Both the position numbers and the translations under genes were made by a program. A DNA stretch of 64,000 nucleotides, taken from positions 3,102-67,101 of the forward strand of contig DDTJ01000073.1 in NCBI GenBank assembly GCA_002344525.1, written 5' to 3'. Below the pieces are notes generated by a model. The model was not told the DNA's origin and did not search any database. It saw only the letters and a program-made list of their open reading frames with translations. Origin of the DNA: Akkermansiaceae bacterium UBA2367 (GTDB taxonomy: Bacteria; Verrucomicrobiota; Verrucomicrobiia; Verrucomicrobiales; DEV007). This document shows, in pieces, positions 10,013 to 19,059 of this stretch. Each line of letters starts with the position of its first letter. Position 1 is the stretch's first letter.

Positions 10013-10124
10013 CGAAATTCCCCTTTCCGCGTCTTCCGTAGGCCCCCTTCCCCGTCCCTGTCCCCCCGCATTCACGTCCGTTTGCCCCGCGACGATCCGG
10101 GCCTTATCGTTCCTCCTCCCCCCG

Positions 10125-11342
10125 ATGATCCAGCGGTCCATCCCCATCGCCTACTCCCATCGCGTCGCCTTCACTCACGGGGCCTTCGACGCGAAGAACC
10201 ACACCTTGCGCGACCTCGTCGCGGAAGGATGCGCCCTCGACGGGGCGGCGAAAGTGCTCGTCCTCCTCGACGCGGGCGTGGCCGAGGCCGACCCGAGGCT
10301 GGCCGGGCGCATCCAGCAGTATTTCGCGGCCCACGCCGACACCCTGAACCTCGTCGCCGATCCCCTCCTGCTCCCCGGCGGCGAAGGCTGCAAGAACGAC
10401 TGGCCCCTCGTCGAGCGCATCTGGAAGGCGGTCGAGTTTTTCAAAATCTGCCGCCACTCCTACATCATCGCCATCGGCGGAGGGGCCTTCCTCGACCTCG
10501 CCGGCTTCGGCGCAGCCACGGCGCACCGGGGCATCCGCCTCATCCGCATGCCCACCACGACCCTGAGCCAAGGCGACGGCGGAGTCGGGGTGAAGAACGG
10601 GGTCAACCACTTCGGCAAAAAGAACTGGGTCGGCACCTTCTCCGTACCCTGCGCCGTGGTCAACGACCTCGACTTCCTCGCCACCCTACCGCCCCGCGCC
10701 TGCCGCGACGGCCTCATCGAGGCGATCAAGGTCTCGCTGATCCGCGACCGGGCCTTCTACGAATTCCTCCTCGCGAACGGCCCCGCCCTCGGCCACCTCG
10801 AAAAGCGGCCGCTGGAGACAGCGATCCGGCGCAGCGCGGAGAACCACGTCGACCACATCGCCACCAGCGGCGACCCCTTCGAACACGGCTCGGCGAGGCC
10901 CCTCGACTTCGGGCACTGGGCCGCCCACAAGCTGGAGCAGATCTCAGATTTCTCGGTGAGCCACGGCGAGGCCGTCGCCATCGGCATGGCCGTGGACCTG
11001 CTCTATTCGGTGGAGACCGGCCTGCTCCCCCGCGCCACGGCGGAGGAGATCCTCGCCCTGATCGAGACGGTCGGCTTCGAACTCTGGTCCGACGAACTCG
11101 ACCGCGAGGAGCGGGGCCGCCCCGTCGTCCTCGCGGGCTTGGAGGAATTCCGCGAGCATCTCGGGGGGCGGCTCACCATCACCCTCATCCCCGCCATCGG
11201 CAGGAAAGTCGAGGTCCACGAGATGGACGAGCGAGCCATCCTCGCCGCCCTCGCCGAGTTGAAGCGGAGGGCGCGGAAGCCTGTAGCCAGCCTCACTGAG
11301 GCCGGATCGGGTGGCCAAACGACGCTCGACCGAGGTCAGTGA
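10125..11342 (+). CDS. aroB: 3-dehydroquinate synthase
   Basis: GGEGCKN, AIGGGAFLD, PTTTLSQGDGGVGVKNG, LDFGHWAAHKLE, HGEAVAIG; C-terminal ~20 aa encoded by a REP pair. Confidence 0.92.
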   Translation: MIQRSIPIAYSHRVAFTHGAFDAKNHTLRDLVAEGCALDGAAKVLVLLDAGVAEADPRLAGRIQQYFAAHADTLNLVADPLLLPGGEGCKNDWPLVERIWKAVEFFKICRHSYIIAIGGGAFLDLAGFGAATAHRGIRLIRMPTTTLSQGDGGVGVKNGVNHFGKKNWVGTFSVPCAVVNDLDFLATLPPRACRDGLIEAIKVSLIRDRAFYEFLLANGPALGHLEKRPLETAIRRSAENHVDHIATSGDPFEHGSARPLDFGHWAAHKLEQISDFSVSHGEAVAIGMAVDLLYSVETGLLPRATAEEILALIETVGFELWSDELDREERGRPVVLAGLEEFREHLGGRLTITLIPAIGRKVEVHEMDERAILAALAELKRRARKPVASLTEAGSGGQTTLDRGQ

Positions 11343-11354
11343 CCTCGGCCACAG
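11281..11354. repeat. BIME-like unit (family R2): GTAG REP-B plus inverted REP-A
   Basis: CTGTAGCCAGCCTCACTGAGGCCGG (11281-11305) is identical to the reverse complement of 63160-63184; CGACCGAGGTCAGTGACCTCGGCCACAG matches the reverse complement of REP-A at 63110/63212. Confidence 0.9.
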
Positions 11355-11646
11355 ATCCCGCCCCGAAGGCCGCGTCGGCGCTGTAGCTGGAGACATCGAA
11401 CGCGGACCGGGCGTCCCCCGAATGCCCCGAATGCGCCCCCGCCCGCCGAATTCCGCGTCCCTCACGCGATTTTCCTTGGAATTTGGTTGGTTTTTCTTAA
11501 AAAATGAGGAATCCTACCGATGGTCCTTTCCCCGGCCACTCCATGTTCACTCCTTGGCGATTCGATTCTGACCCCGGTCACGCGTTTTCCCCCGGACGAA
11601 AGCAGAGGCGCTCGGAACCCTCGGGCCCCCAACTGGTTAAGAATCG

Positions 11647-12192
11647 ATGAAATTGTATATTGGAAACCTGTCCTACGACACCTCTGAGGCTGAACTGCGT
11701 GAATTCCTCAGTCCCTTCGAACCCATCCTCGATCTGCATCTGCCGATCGACCGCGACAGCGGACGCCCGCGCGGCTTCGCCTTCGTGACGCTCTCCAGCC
11801 GCGATGCCGGCGAGGCAGCCATCGCCCAACTCGACGGCGCCGAACTCGGCGGTCGCAACCTGAAGGTACGGGAGGCCGAAGAACGCCGTGGTCCCGGAGG
11901 GGGCGGCGGAGGTGGCTACGGTGGCGGTGGGGGAGGCGGCGGACGCCCCCCGCGCGGCGGTGGCTACGGCGGAGGCGGGGGAGGCGGCGGCTACGAACGT
12001 CGCGGCGGTGGAGGTGGTGGTGGCGGCGGTCGCCATCGTGGAGGCGAGCGCGGCGACTACCGTGGCGAACGCGGCGACCGGGAATACCGGGGCGGTGGTG
12101 GTAGCGGCGGCGGCGGCCGGGAATACCGGGAGCCGCGCGGTGATCGCGACGACTACGGCGGCGGCGGTGGCAAACGCTATCGCAGCCTCTGA
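11647..12192 (+). CDS. RRM RNA-binding protein with Gly/Arg-rich tail
   Basis: RNP2 KLYIGNLSY, RNP1 RGFAFVTL, long GGGG/RGG tail. Confidence 0.93.
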   Translation: MKLYIGNLSYDTSEAELREFLSPFEPILDLHLPIDRDSGRPRGFAFVTLSSRDAGEAAIAQLDGAELGGRNLKVREAEERRGPGGGGGGGYGGGGGGGGRPPRGGGYGGGGGGGGYERRGGGGGGGGGRHRGGERGDYRGERGDREYRGGGGSGGGGREYREPRGDRDDYGGGGGKRYRSL

Positions 12193-12228
12193 TCCGGCCC
12201 CCCGGCCCGCCATCGCTTTGCTTTCTTC

Positions 12229-12261
12229 GCCTGCGGATTCCCCCATCCGCAGGCCCCTTTT
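12229..12261 (+). terminator. Stem-loop downstream of RRM gene, possible intrinsic terminator
   Basis: GCCTGCGGAT-loop-ATCCGCAGGC 10-bp stem followed by CCCTTTT. Confidence 0.45.
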
Positions 12262-12286
12262 CTCCGTATTCCCCCCATTCCCTGAT

Positions 12287-13408
12287 ATGATTCCCAAATT
12301 CCCCTTGGATCGGGTCAACTGGTTCACCAGTTCCTTTCTTATCGTCACCTTCTTCACCGCCCTGATCGGGGTGCCGATCTACGTCGCCCACCACGGGCTC
12401 GATCTGTTCCAAGTTCTCCTCTTTATCTTCTTTTTCATCGCGACGGGGATGAGCATCACCCTCGGCTACCACCGCCTCTTCGCCCACAAGGCTTTCCAAG
12501 CGGGCCGGGGGGTGAAGCTGACGACCCTGATTTTCGGCGCGGCGGCCTTCGAGGATTCCGCGCTCGACTGGGCCTCGGACCACCGCCAGCACCACAAGCA
12601 CGTCGATCACGAGGACGACGATCCCTACAGCATCTCCCGCGGCTTTTTCTGGGCGCACATGGGCTGGATCTTCTTCAAGCTCTACCCCCGCCCCCTCGCC
12701 AACGTCGCCGATCTGAAAAAAGATCCCCTCGTGATGTGGCAGCACCGCCACCACCGCCCCCTCGGCGTCCTCGCCGGACTCGCCCTCCCGGCGGCGATCG
12801 GGTGGCTCTACGGCGGCGCGACCTCCGCCCTCGGCGCCTTCCTCATCTCCGGCATCGCCCGCCTCGTCTGCGTGCAACATTGCACCTTCTTCATCAACTC
12901 CCTCTGCCACACCATCGGGAAGCGGCCCTACGACTCCGGCACGAGCGCCCGCGACAGTTGGCTCATGGCCCTTTTCACCTTCGGTGAGGGCTACCACAAC
13001 TACCACCATTCCTTCCAGCACGACTACCGCAACGGGGTCAAGCCTTGGCAGTGGGACCCCACGAAATGGGCCATCTGGACCCTCTCGAAGCTCGGCCTCG
13101 CCACCGAGCTGCGCCGCGTCCCCGAGGCGAAGATCGTCCTTGCCGAACTGCGCGAGATGAAGGATCGCGCCGAAGCCCAGATCGAAAACGGCAAGGGCTG
13201 GAAAATCCCCAGCCCCAACTTGGAGGAGGCCTACGCCACCCTGCTCGAACTCTCCCAGCAGCTCGCCGAGGGCTATCACGAGCTGGAAAAAGCCGTCGGC
13301 GACCGCATCAAAGTCTCCAGCGCGGCGCTGAGCCGCTGGCGTCAGTTGGGCGCCGATGTCGGCGATCAGATCCTGCTCCTCCGCACCCTGCAGCCGGGGC
13401 TGGCGTGA
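12287..13408 (+). CDS. Acyl-CoA (delta-9-type) fatty acid desaturase
   Basis: His boxes HRLFAH, HRQHHKH, HNYHH; FFWAHMGW; helical C-terminal extension. Confidence 0.92.
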   Translation: MIPKFPLDRVNWFTSSFLIVTFFTALIGVPIYVAHHGLDLFQVLLFIFFFIATGMSITLGYHRLFAHKAFQAGRGVKLTTLIFGAAAFEDSALDWASDHRQHHKHVDHEDDDPYSISRGFFWAHMGWIFFKLYPRPLANVADLKKDPLVMWQHRHHRPLGVLAGLALPAAIGWLYGGATSALGAFLISGIARLVCVQHCTFFINSLCHTIGKRPYDSGTSARDSWLMALFTFGEGYHNYHHSFQHDYRNGVKPWQWDPTKWAIWTLSKLGLATELRRVPEAKIVLAELREMKDRAEAQIENGKGWKIPSPNLEEAYATLLELSQQLAEGYHELEKAVGDRIKVSSAALSRWRQLGADVGDQILLLRTLQPGLA

Positions 13409-13539
13409 AGCCTTTCTCAAGGCGGTCCTGAATTCCGACGAGGCAGGACGACGGGACCGCCGATCCGCGAGGGTCGCGGCTGGTCCATCGGGACTCGAAA
13501 GAGGAATTGAAAAACGAGTTTCTTCGGTTTCGGTATCGT

Positions 13540-13977
13540 ATGAAGAACCTCCCCCGCCTTCTTTTCATCGGTTTCGGACTGCTCCTGCTGGCCGGTTTCC
13601 TCTCCTCCTGCCATTCCCATGGGCATCCCTCCTACGGATACGGCCATCCGGGTTATTCGAGCGGCTACTACCACACCTACCGCTACGTCCAGCCCGCACC
13701 CCGCCACCACTATCACCGGGACAGCCACGGGCACCGGAACCACAACCACGGCCGGAACTGGCACCGGGACAACCATGGCCACAGAAGCGGCCATGGTCAG
13801 GGCCACGGGAACAGCCACGGTCATGGCGGTCACGCCCACCGCGACGCCAACTATTCCTCAGGATCTCACTCCGGCCATTCCGCCCACTCCGGGCATGAAT
13901 CCCGCGGCGACGCCTACGGCCATCGCCATCACGGTGGCGGAGGCGGGCATTCGGGATACCACCACCGCCGTCGCTGA
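13540..13977 (+). CDS. His/Gly-rich putative lipoprotein
   Basis: MKNLPRLLFIGFGLLLLAGFLSSC lipobox-like; about 30 His in the ~120-aa mature part. Confidence 0.7.
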   Translation: MKNLPRLLFIGFGLLLLAGFLSSCHSHGHPSYGYGHPGYSSGYYHTYRYVQPAPRHHYHRDSHGHRNHNHGRNWHRDNHGHRSGHGQGHGNSHGHGGHAHRDANYSSGSHSGHSAHSGHESRGDAYGHRHHGGGGGHSGYHHRRR

Positions 13978-13986
13978 CCCCACTGT

Positions 13987-14763
13987 TCAGCCGGGAATCA
14001 GCCCCGGCCAATAGTGGGCGTCGGAACCCGGACGCCGACCGAAGATACCTTGGCCCACTCGCACGACGGTGGCACCTTCCTCGATAGCCATTTTATAGTC
14101 GCCCGACATGCCCATGGACAGCTCGGGCAGAAGCCCCGCTGGCGTCTGCCCGCTGAGATGATCGCGGAGGGACCGGAGACGCTCGAAACAGGGGCGCACC
14201 CGGGCGGCGTCCGGCGAAAAAAGGGCCAAGGTCATGAACCCCCGGGGGCGCAGCCTCGGGTAGGCGGGCAGCGCGTCCAAGAATGCCTCCACCTCGTCCG
14301 GGGCCAAGCCGAACTTGGTGGCTTCCCCCGAGGTGTTGACTTGGATCAACACGTCGATCTCCCGGTCCTCGGCGAGGAGCCGCTCGTGCAGAGCCTTGGC
14401 CACGCCCAGACTGTCGAGCGCCTGGAACTCGCTGGCGAAACGGGCGACCTCCTTCGCCTTGTTGCGTTGCAGGTGCCCCACCACCGTCCAGCGGATGGCG
14501 AGATCCGCCATCGCCTCGGCCTTCGCCTTGGCTTCCTGCACTTTGTTTTCGCCCAACTCGTCCAAGCCCAAGGCATAGGCGATGCGAAGAACAGGCTCCG
14601 GCACCGTCTTCGAAATGGGCAACAAGCGGACCGACCCGGTCGGACGACCCGCACGAGCGCAAGCCGCCTCGATCCTCCCACGAACCTCGGCGAGGTTGTC
14701 CGCGATGAGGGCCTCGGGGTCGGAGCCGAAACGCTCCCTCAATGAATCGGGATCAATAGCCAT
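13987..14763 (-). CDS. yggS: YggS family PLP homeostasis protein
   Basis: LLPISKT, GENKVQEA, GHLQRNK, QVNTSGEATKFG, SMGMSGDY, RVGQGIFG. Confidence 0.93.
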   Translation of the reverse strand: MAIDPDSLRERFGSDPEALIADNLAEVRGRIEAACARAGRPTGSVRLLPISKTVPEPVLRIAYALGLDELGENKVQEAKAKAEAMADLAIRWTVVGHLQRNKAKEVARFASEFQALDSLGVAKALHERLLAEDREIDVLIQVNTSGEATKFGLAPDEVEAFLDALPAYPRLRPRGFMTLALFSPDAARVRPCFERLRSLRDHLSGQTPAGLLPELSMGMSGDYKMAIEEGATVVRVGQGIFGRRPGSDAHYWPGLIPG

Positions 14764-14845
14764 CCCCTACTGTAGCCATCTCCCGGAACAAGGCGAGGGC
14801 AGATGCGGGAGGAGGGCCAAGCGGAGCGAAAAGAGCAGCAACCCG

Positions 14846-14894
14846 TTCGGATTTCGAGCTTCGGATTTCGGATTTCGAGACTCGACTTTCGACT
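14846..14894 (+). repeat. Heptamer tandem repeat (TTCGGAT-type) x7, single arm
   Basis: TTCGGAT TTCGAGC TTCGGAT TTCGGAT TTCGAGA CTCGACT TTCGACT. Confidence 0.85.
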
Positions 14895-14940
14895 TTCCCC
14901 GCGCCGGAGCCTCTCTACAGTGGAGGGCAGCTTCCCCCCG

Positions 14941-17637
14941 ATGCACTTCGCCGCGCCCCAATTCCTCTTCCTGCTGCCGATCTGGCTGCTCTTGGGCTGG
15001 CGCTTCCGCCGTCTCGAACTGTGGAGGCCGCTCCGCGCCGTAGTGCTGCTGCTCCTGACCCTGCTCCTCTGCGACCCGCGCGTCTCCCTAAAATCGGGCG
15101 GCATCGACCTCTGGGTGCTCCTCGACCGATCCCGCTCCGCCCAAGACCTCGTCGATGCGGGCGAGCTGGAGTGGCGCACCCTGCTCGAACGCACCCGTCC
15201 CAGCGAACGGCACGGGCTCCACTTCCTCGACTACGCCGGCGAGGTCATCCCCTTGGGCCGAGGCGAAGGCGCGATCTACTCCGGCGACCGCGACCAGACC
15301 CGCACCGCCCTCGCCCTCCACGAGGCCCTCGCCCGCATGGACCCGAAGCGGCACAACCGCGTCCTCCTCTTCTCCGACGGCTACAGCACCGAACCCCTCT
15401 CCGGAGCTGCCGCAAAGCTGATCGAAGCGGGCGCGCCCCTCGACTACCGCCTCCTCCGCTCGCCCGAATCCGTCGATTACCGCGTCGCCGCCGTGGAGAT
15501 GCCTGAACGGGTCCAGTTCGGCGAACCCTTCATCGTCGAGGCGCGGCTCGCGGGCACAGCGGACGGCACCGTGCCCATCGAAATCTTCCGTGGGGAAAGC
15601 CGCCTTTACGCCGGGGAGATCGCGGTGAAAGGCGGCGTCGGGCGCTTCCGCTTCTCCGACCGCATCGCCGAGCCGGGCGGACACCGCTACGCCGTCTCCA
15701 TCGCCCCCGCCAACGACGCCCATCCGGGAAACAACCGACGCGAACGCTGGATCGAGATCACGGGCGGCCCGCGCCTCCTCCTCGTCACCGCCTACCAGGA
15801 CGACCCCCTCGCACCGGTCCTGAGGGCGCAGGGCTTCGACGTCGTCGTCGTGGAAAACCCGCTCTCCCTGAACCCCGGAGCCCTCACCGGAGCCAGAGCG
15901 GTGATCCTCAACAACGTCCCCGCCTACGAGCTGCCGGGCGATTTCATCGGGGCGCTGCCCTTTTTCGTCAGCGACCAAGGCGGCGGACTCCTCATGGTCG
16001 GCGGCCATCGCAGCTTCGGATCGGGCGGCTACTACGAGTCGGCCATCGACCCGCTCCTGCCCGTCTCGATGGAGTTGAAAAGCGAGCACCGCAAGCTCGG
16101 CGTGGCCATGGCCATCGTCATGGACCGCTCCGGCTCCATGGGCATGACCACCTCTAGCGGACACACCAAAATGCAGCTCGCCAACGAAGGCGCGGCCCGG
16201 GCCGTCGAGCTTCTCGGCAGCATGGACGCCGTCACCGTCTTCGCCGTAGACAGCCAAGCCCACCAAGTCGCCCCCCTCCTCAACGTCGGCCAGGGCCGGG
16301 GCGAACTCATCAGCCGCATCCGCCGCATCGAATCCATGGGCGGCGGCATCTTCGTCTACACCGGGATGAAGGCGGCTTGGGACGTGCTCAAGAATGCGCC
16401 CCTCGGGCAGCGGCACCTCATCCTCTTCAGCGACGCATCCGACTCCGAGGAGCCCGGCGACTACATTGCCCTGATCGAGGAGATGCGCGCCGCCGGCACC
16501 ACCGTCAGCGTCATCGGCCTGGGCGGTCGCGGCGATCCCGACGCCGGGCTGCTCGAGGACATCGCGAAGCGAGGCGGAGGCCGTGTCTTCTTCACCGAGA
16601 TCCCCGGCGAACTGCCCAACATCTTCGCGCAGGAGACCGTGACCGTGGCCCGCTCCTCCTTCATCGAGGACGCGACCGGGGCGAAATCGACAGGCCGCTG
16701 GCACGAACTCGCCCGCCGCGAAGCCGAATGGCTCCCCGAAGTCGACGGCTACAACCTCAGCTACCTGCGCGAAGGCGACCAAGCCGCCCTGATCTCCGCC
16801 GACACCTACGCCGCCCCCCTCGTCGCCTTCGGACGGCGCGGCATCGGACGCACCGCCGCCGTCTCCTTCCCCCTCGGCGGCGGCTTCTCCGAGCGCACCC
16901 GGAACTGGGCGCAATACGGCGACTTCGTCCAGACCCTCGCCCGCTGGCTCATGGGTGACGAAGTGCCGCCCGGACTCGGTCTGCGGCACCGCCTCGTCGG
17001 GTCCGAGTGGACCTTCGACCTCTTCTACGAAGCCGATCCCTGGGAGGCCCGCCTCGCCACCGCCGCGCCGCGCGTCGTCGTGCAGAGCGGCTACCGCGAC
17101 GGGAGACGCCGCGAGTTGACTTGGGAACGCCTCGCCCCCGGCCATTACTCCGTCTCCACCTCCCTCGAAGCGGGCGCTCCCGTCCGCGCCGCCCTCCAGG
17201 TCGCGGGTTCCGCCATCCCCCTCGGCCCCGTCGTCGTCGGCTCCGACAGCGAATGGCAGTTCGACGAGGAGCGCGTCGCCGAACTGCGCGAGACCGCCCG
17301 CGCCAGCGGCGGCGGCGAACTCCTCGACCTCGGCAAAGCCTGGCGTCAGCCCCCCGCGCCGAGCGAGGAGCCGATCCGCACGCCCCTCCTCGTCGCGATC
17401 CTCGCCCTCTTCCTCCTCGACGCCCTCGTCACGCGGACCGGCTGGAAACTGCCGCGTTTCCTCCCCTCCTTTGTCTTCGCGAAACGCGCCGCCCGCCCGG
17501 TTCCGGTGAAAGCGCAAGCTACGCCCGAAACCGCGTCCTCCCCTGCCCCGCCCGCGCCCCCGACACCCGAACCCCCGCCGCCAGCGGACGGCGATTCCCG
17601 GAAAAGCCGCTTCCAACGGGCGAAAAAGCGGCTTTGA
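14941..17637 (+). CDS. Membrane VWA-domain protein with GATase1-like domain
   Basis: BatA-like start MHFAAPQFLFLLP; DRSRS and MIDAS-type DRSGSM motifs; LLMVGGHRSFGSGGY; C-terminal TM and Pro-rich tail. Confidence 0.8.
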   Translation: MHFAAPQFLFLLPIWLLLGWRFRRLELWRPLRAVVLLLLTLLLCDPRVSLKSGGIDLWVLLDRSRSAQDLVDAGELEWRTLLERTRPSERHGLHFLDYAGEVIPLGRGEGAIYSGDRDQTRTALALHEALARMDPKRHNRVLLFSDGYSTEPLSGAAAKLIEAGAPLDYRLLRSPESVDYRVAAVEMPERVQFGEPFIVEARLAGTADGTVPIEIFRGESRLYAGEIAVKGGVGRFRFSDRIAEPGGHRYAVSIAPANDAHPGNNRRERWIEITGGPRLLLVTAYQDDPLAPVLRAQGFDVVVVENPLSLNPGALTGARAVILNNVPAYELPGDFIGALPFFVSDQGGGLLMVGGHRSFGSGGYYESAIDPLLPVSMELKSEHRKLGVAMAIVMDRSGSMGMTTSSGHTKMQLANEGAARAVELLGSMDAVTVFAVDSQAHQVAPLLNVGQGRGELISRIRRIESMGGGIFVYTGMKAAWDVLKNAPLGQRHLILFSDASDSEEPGDYIALIEEMRAAGTTVSVIGLGGRGDPDAGLLEDIAKRGGGRVFFTEIPGELPNIFAQETVTVARSSFIEDATGAKSTGRWHELARREAEWLPEVDGYNLSYLREGDQAALISADTYAAPLVAFGRRGIGRTAAVSFPLGGGFSERTRNWAQYGDFVQTLARWLMGDEVPPGLGLRHRLVGSEWTFDLFYEADPWEARLATAAPRVVVQSGYRDGRRRELTWERLAPGHYSVSTSLEAGAPVRAALQVAGSAIPLGPVVVGSDSEWQFDEERVAELRETARASGGGELLDLGKAWRQPPAPSEEPIRTPLLVAILALFLLDALVTRTGWKLPRFLPSFVFAKRAARPVPVKAQATPETASSPAPPAPPTPEPPPPADGDSRKSRFQRAKKRL

Positions 17638-17739
17638 TGCCTGTGGCCAACCCTATTGCTTGAACGGAGGACAAATTTCGCGCTTTTCAACTTGCATGCG
17701 GCCCGGATCGGTTTTTGTTCAAAAATACACTGATTTGAA

Positions 17740-19053
17740 ATGTCGCGCCGACCTGTAGGAATCGATCTGTTCGCCGGAGCCGGGGGGATGAGCCTCGGAT
17801 TCGAGCAGGCCGGATTCGACGTGAAGGCCGCCGTCGAGATCGATCCCGTGCATTGCTCGGTCCACGCCTTCAACTTCCCCGAATGCGCAGTCATCCCTGC
17901 CTCCGTCTCCCGGATCACCGGAGGCGACCTCGAAACCGCCATCGGCGGAGGTCCTGTCGATGTCGTCTTCGGCGGAGCGCCCTGCCAAGGCTTCTCGCTC
18001 ATCGGAAAACGCATCCTCGACGACCCGAGGAACGCGCTGGTCAGGGATTTCGTCCGCATCGTCGCCGAAGTCGATGCGAGCTGGTTCGTCTTCGAGAACG
18101 TGAAAGGCCTCACCCTCGGCCACCATCGCAAGTTCCTCGACGAACTGCACGAGGAATTCGACCGGGCGGGCTACCGTGTCCAGAATCCTTGGCACGTCCT
18201 GAACGCGGCGGACTACGGCGTACCGCAGAACCGGGAGCGCCTGATCCTCCTCGGGGCGAAGAAGGGCCTTCCCCTGCCACGATATCCCGAGCCAACTCAT
18301 TCGCGGTCCAGCGCAGAATTGATGGGATACCGCGCCACCACCTGCCGCGAGGCCCTCGGCGACCTCCCCGACGCCGACGCCTTCGCGAGCTTGGAGAGCG
18401 GCGACTCCGTCGCGACGCGGGCTTGGGGCGAACCCAGCGCCTACGCCACGGAAATGCGATGCCTCGACGAGGCCTCGTGGCATTTTGGATACCGCCGCCT
18501 CTGGGATCCGGGGATTCTCACCTCAAGCATGCGCACCCATCACACGGACATCTCGAAACGGCGCTTCCTTGAAACCGCACCGGGCAGCGTCGAGCCGATC
18601 TCCCGCTTCTTCCGTCTGCCGCCGGACGGCCTCTCCAACACCCTCCGGGCGGGAACGGACGGAGCGCGCGGAGCCTTCACCAGCCCCCGCCCGATCCACT
18701 ATCGCCACGCCCGCTGCATCACCGTGCGGGAGATGGCCCGCCTCCACGGCTTCCCCGACTGGTTCCGTCTGCACGTCACCAAATGGCACGGTGCCCGGCA
18801 GGTGGGCAACGCGGTCCCCCCGCCGCTGGCCCGAGCGGTCGCCACCGCCCTGATGGAGGCCATGGGGTTCCGACCAACGCGCCCGCGACGCCGGCTCGGA
18901 CTCGGGGACCCCGCCCTGCTCGCCTTCGACCTCTCCCAAGCCTCGGAGTATTGGGAAGTCGAGAAGCCGAATTCAAAGCGCGACCGCAAGAGCGGCGCAC
19001 GCAAACGCAAGCAGGAGGAGATCGAGGCAACCCGGCTGTCCGCCGGATTCTGA
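17740..19053 (+). CDS. dcm: DNA (cytosine-5)-methyltransferase
   Basis: Motif I DLFAGAGG, IV GAPCQGFS, VI ENV, VIII QNRER, X QVGNAVPP. Confidence 0.96.
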   Translation: MSRRPVGIDLFAGAGGMSLGFEQAGFDVKAAVEIDPVHCSVHAFNFPECAVIPASVSRITGGDLETAIGGGPVDVVFGGAPCQGFSLIGKRILDDPRNALVRDFVRIVAEVDASWFVFENVKGLTLGHHRKFLDELHEEFDRAGYRVQNPWHVLNAADYGVPQNRERLILLGAKKGLPLPRYPEPTHSRSSAELMGYRATTCREALGDLPDADAFASLESGDSVATRAWGEPSAYATEMRCLDEASWHFGYRRLWDPGILTSSMRTHHTDISKRRFLETAPGSVEPISRFFRLPPDGLSNTLRAGTDGARGAFTSPRPIHYRHARCITVREMARLHGFPDWFRLHVTKWHGARQVGNAVPPPLARAVATALMEAMGFRPTRPRRRLGLGDPALLAFDLSQASEYWEVEKPNSKRDRKSGARKRKQEEIEATRLSAGF

Positions 19054-19059
19054 ACCCCC

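Larger units (their letters stand above)
9033..10044. mobile_element. Putative inverted-repeat-bounded gene cassette (no mobility gene)
   Basis: GGCCTACGGAAGACGCGGAA (9033-9052) is the exact reverse complement of TTCCGCGTCTTCCGTAGGCC (10025-10044); encloses one CDS. Mobility is inference. Confidence 0.45.

Noticed and set aside
11890-12180. GGC/GGT-rich repeats as a DNA repeat element
   Set aside because: Explained by the Gly/Arg-rich coding tail of the RRM protein.
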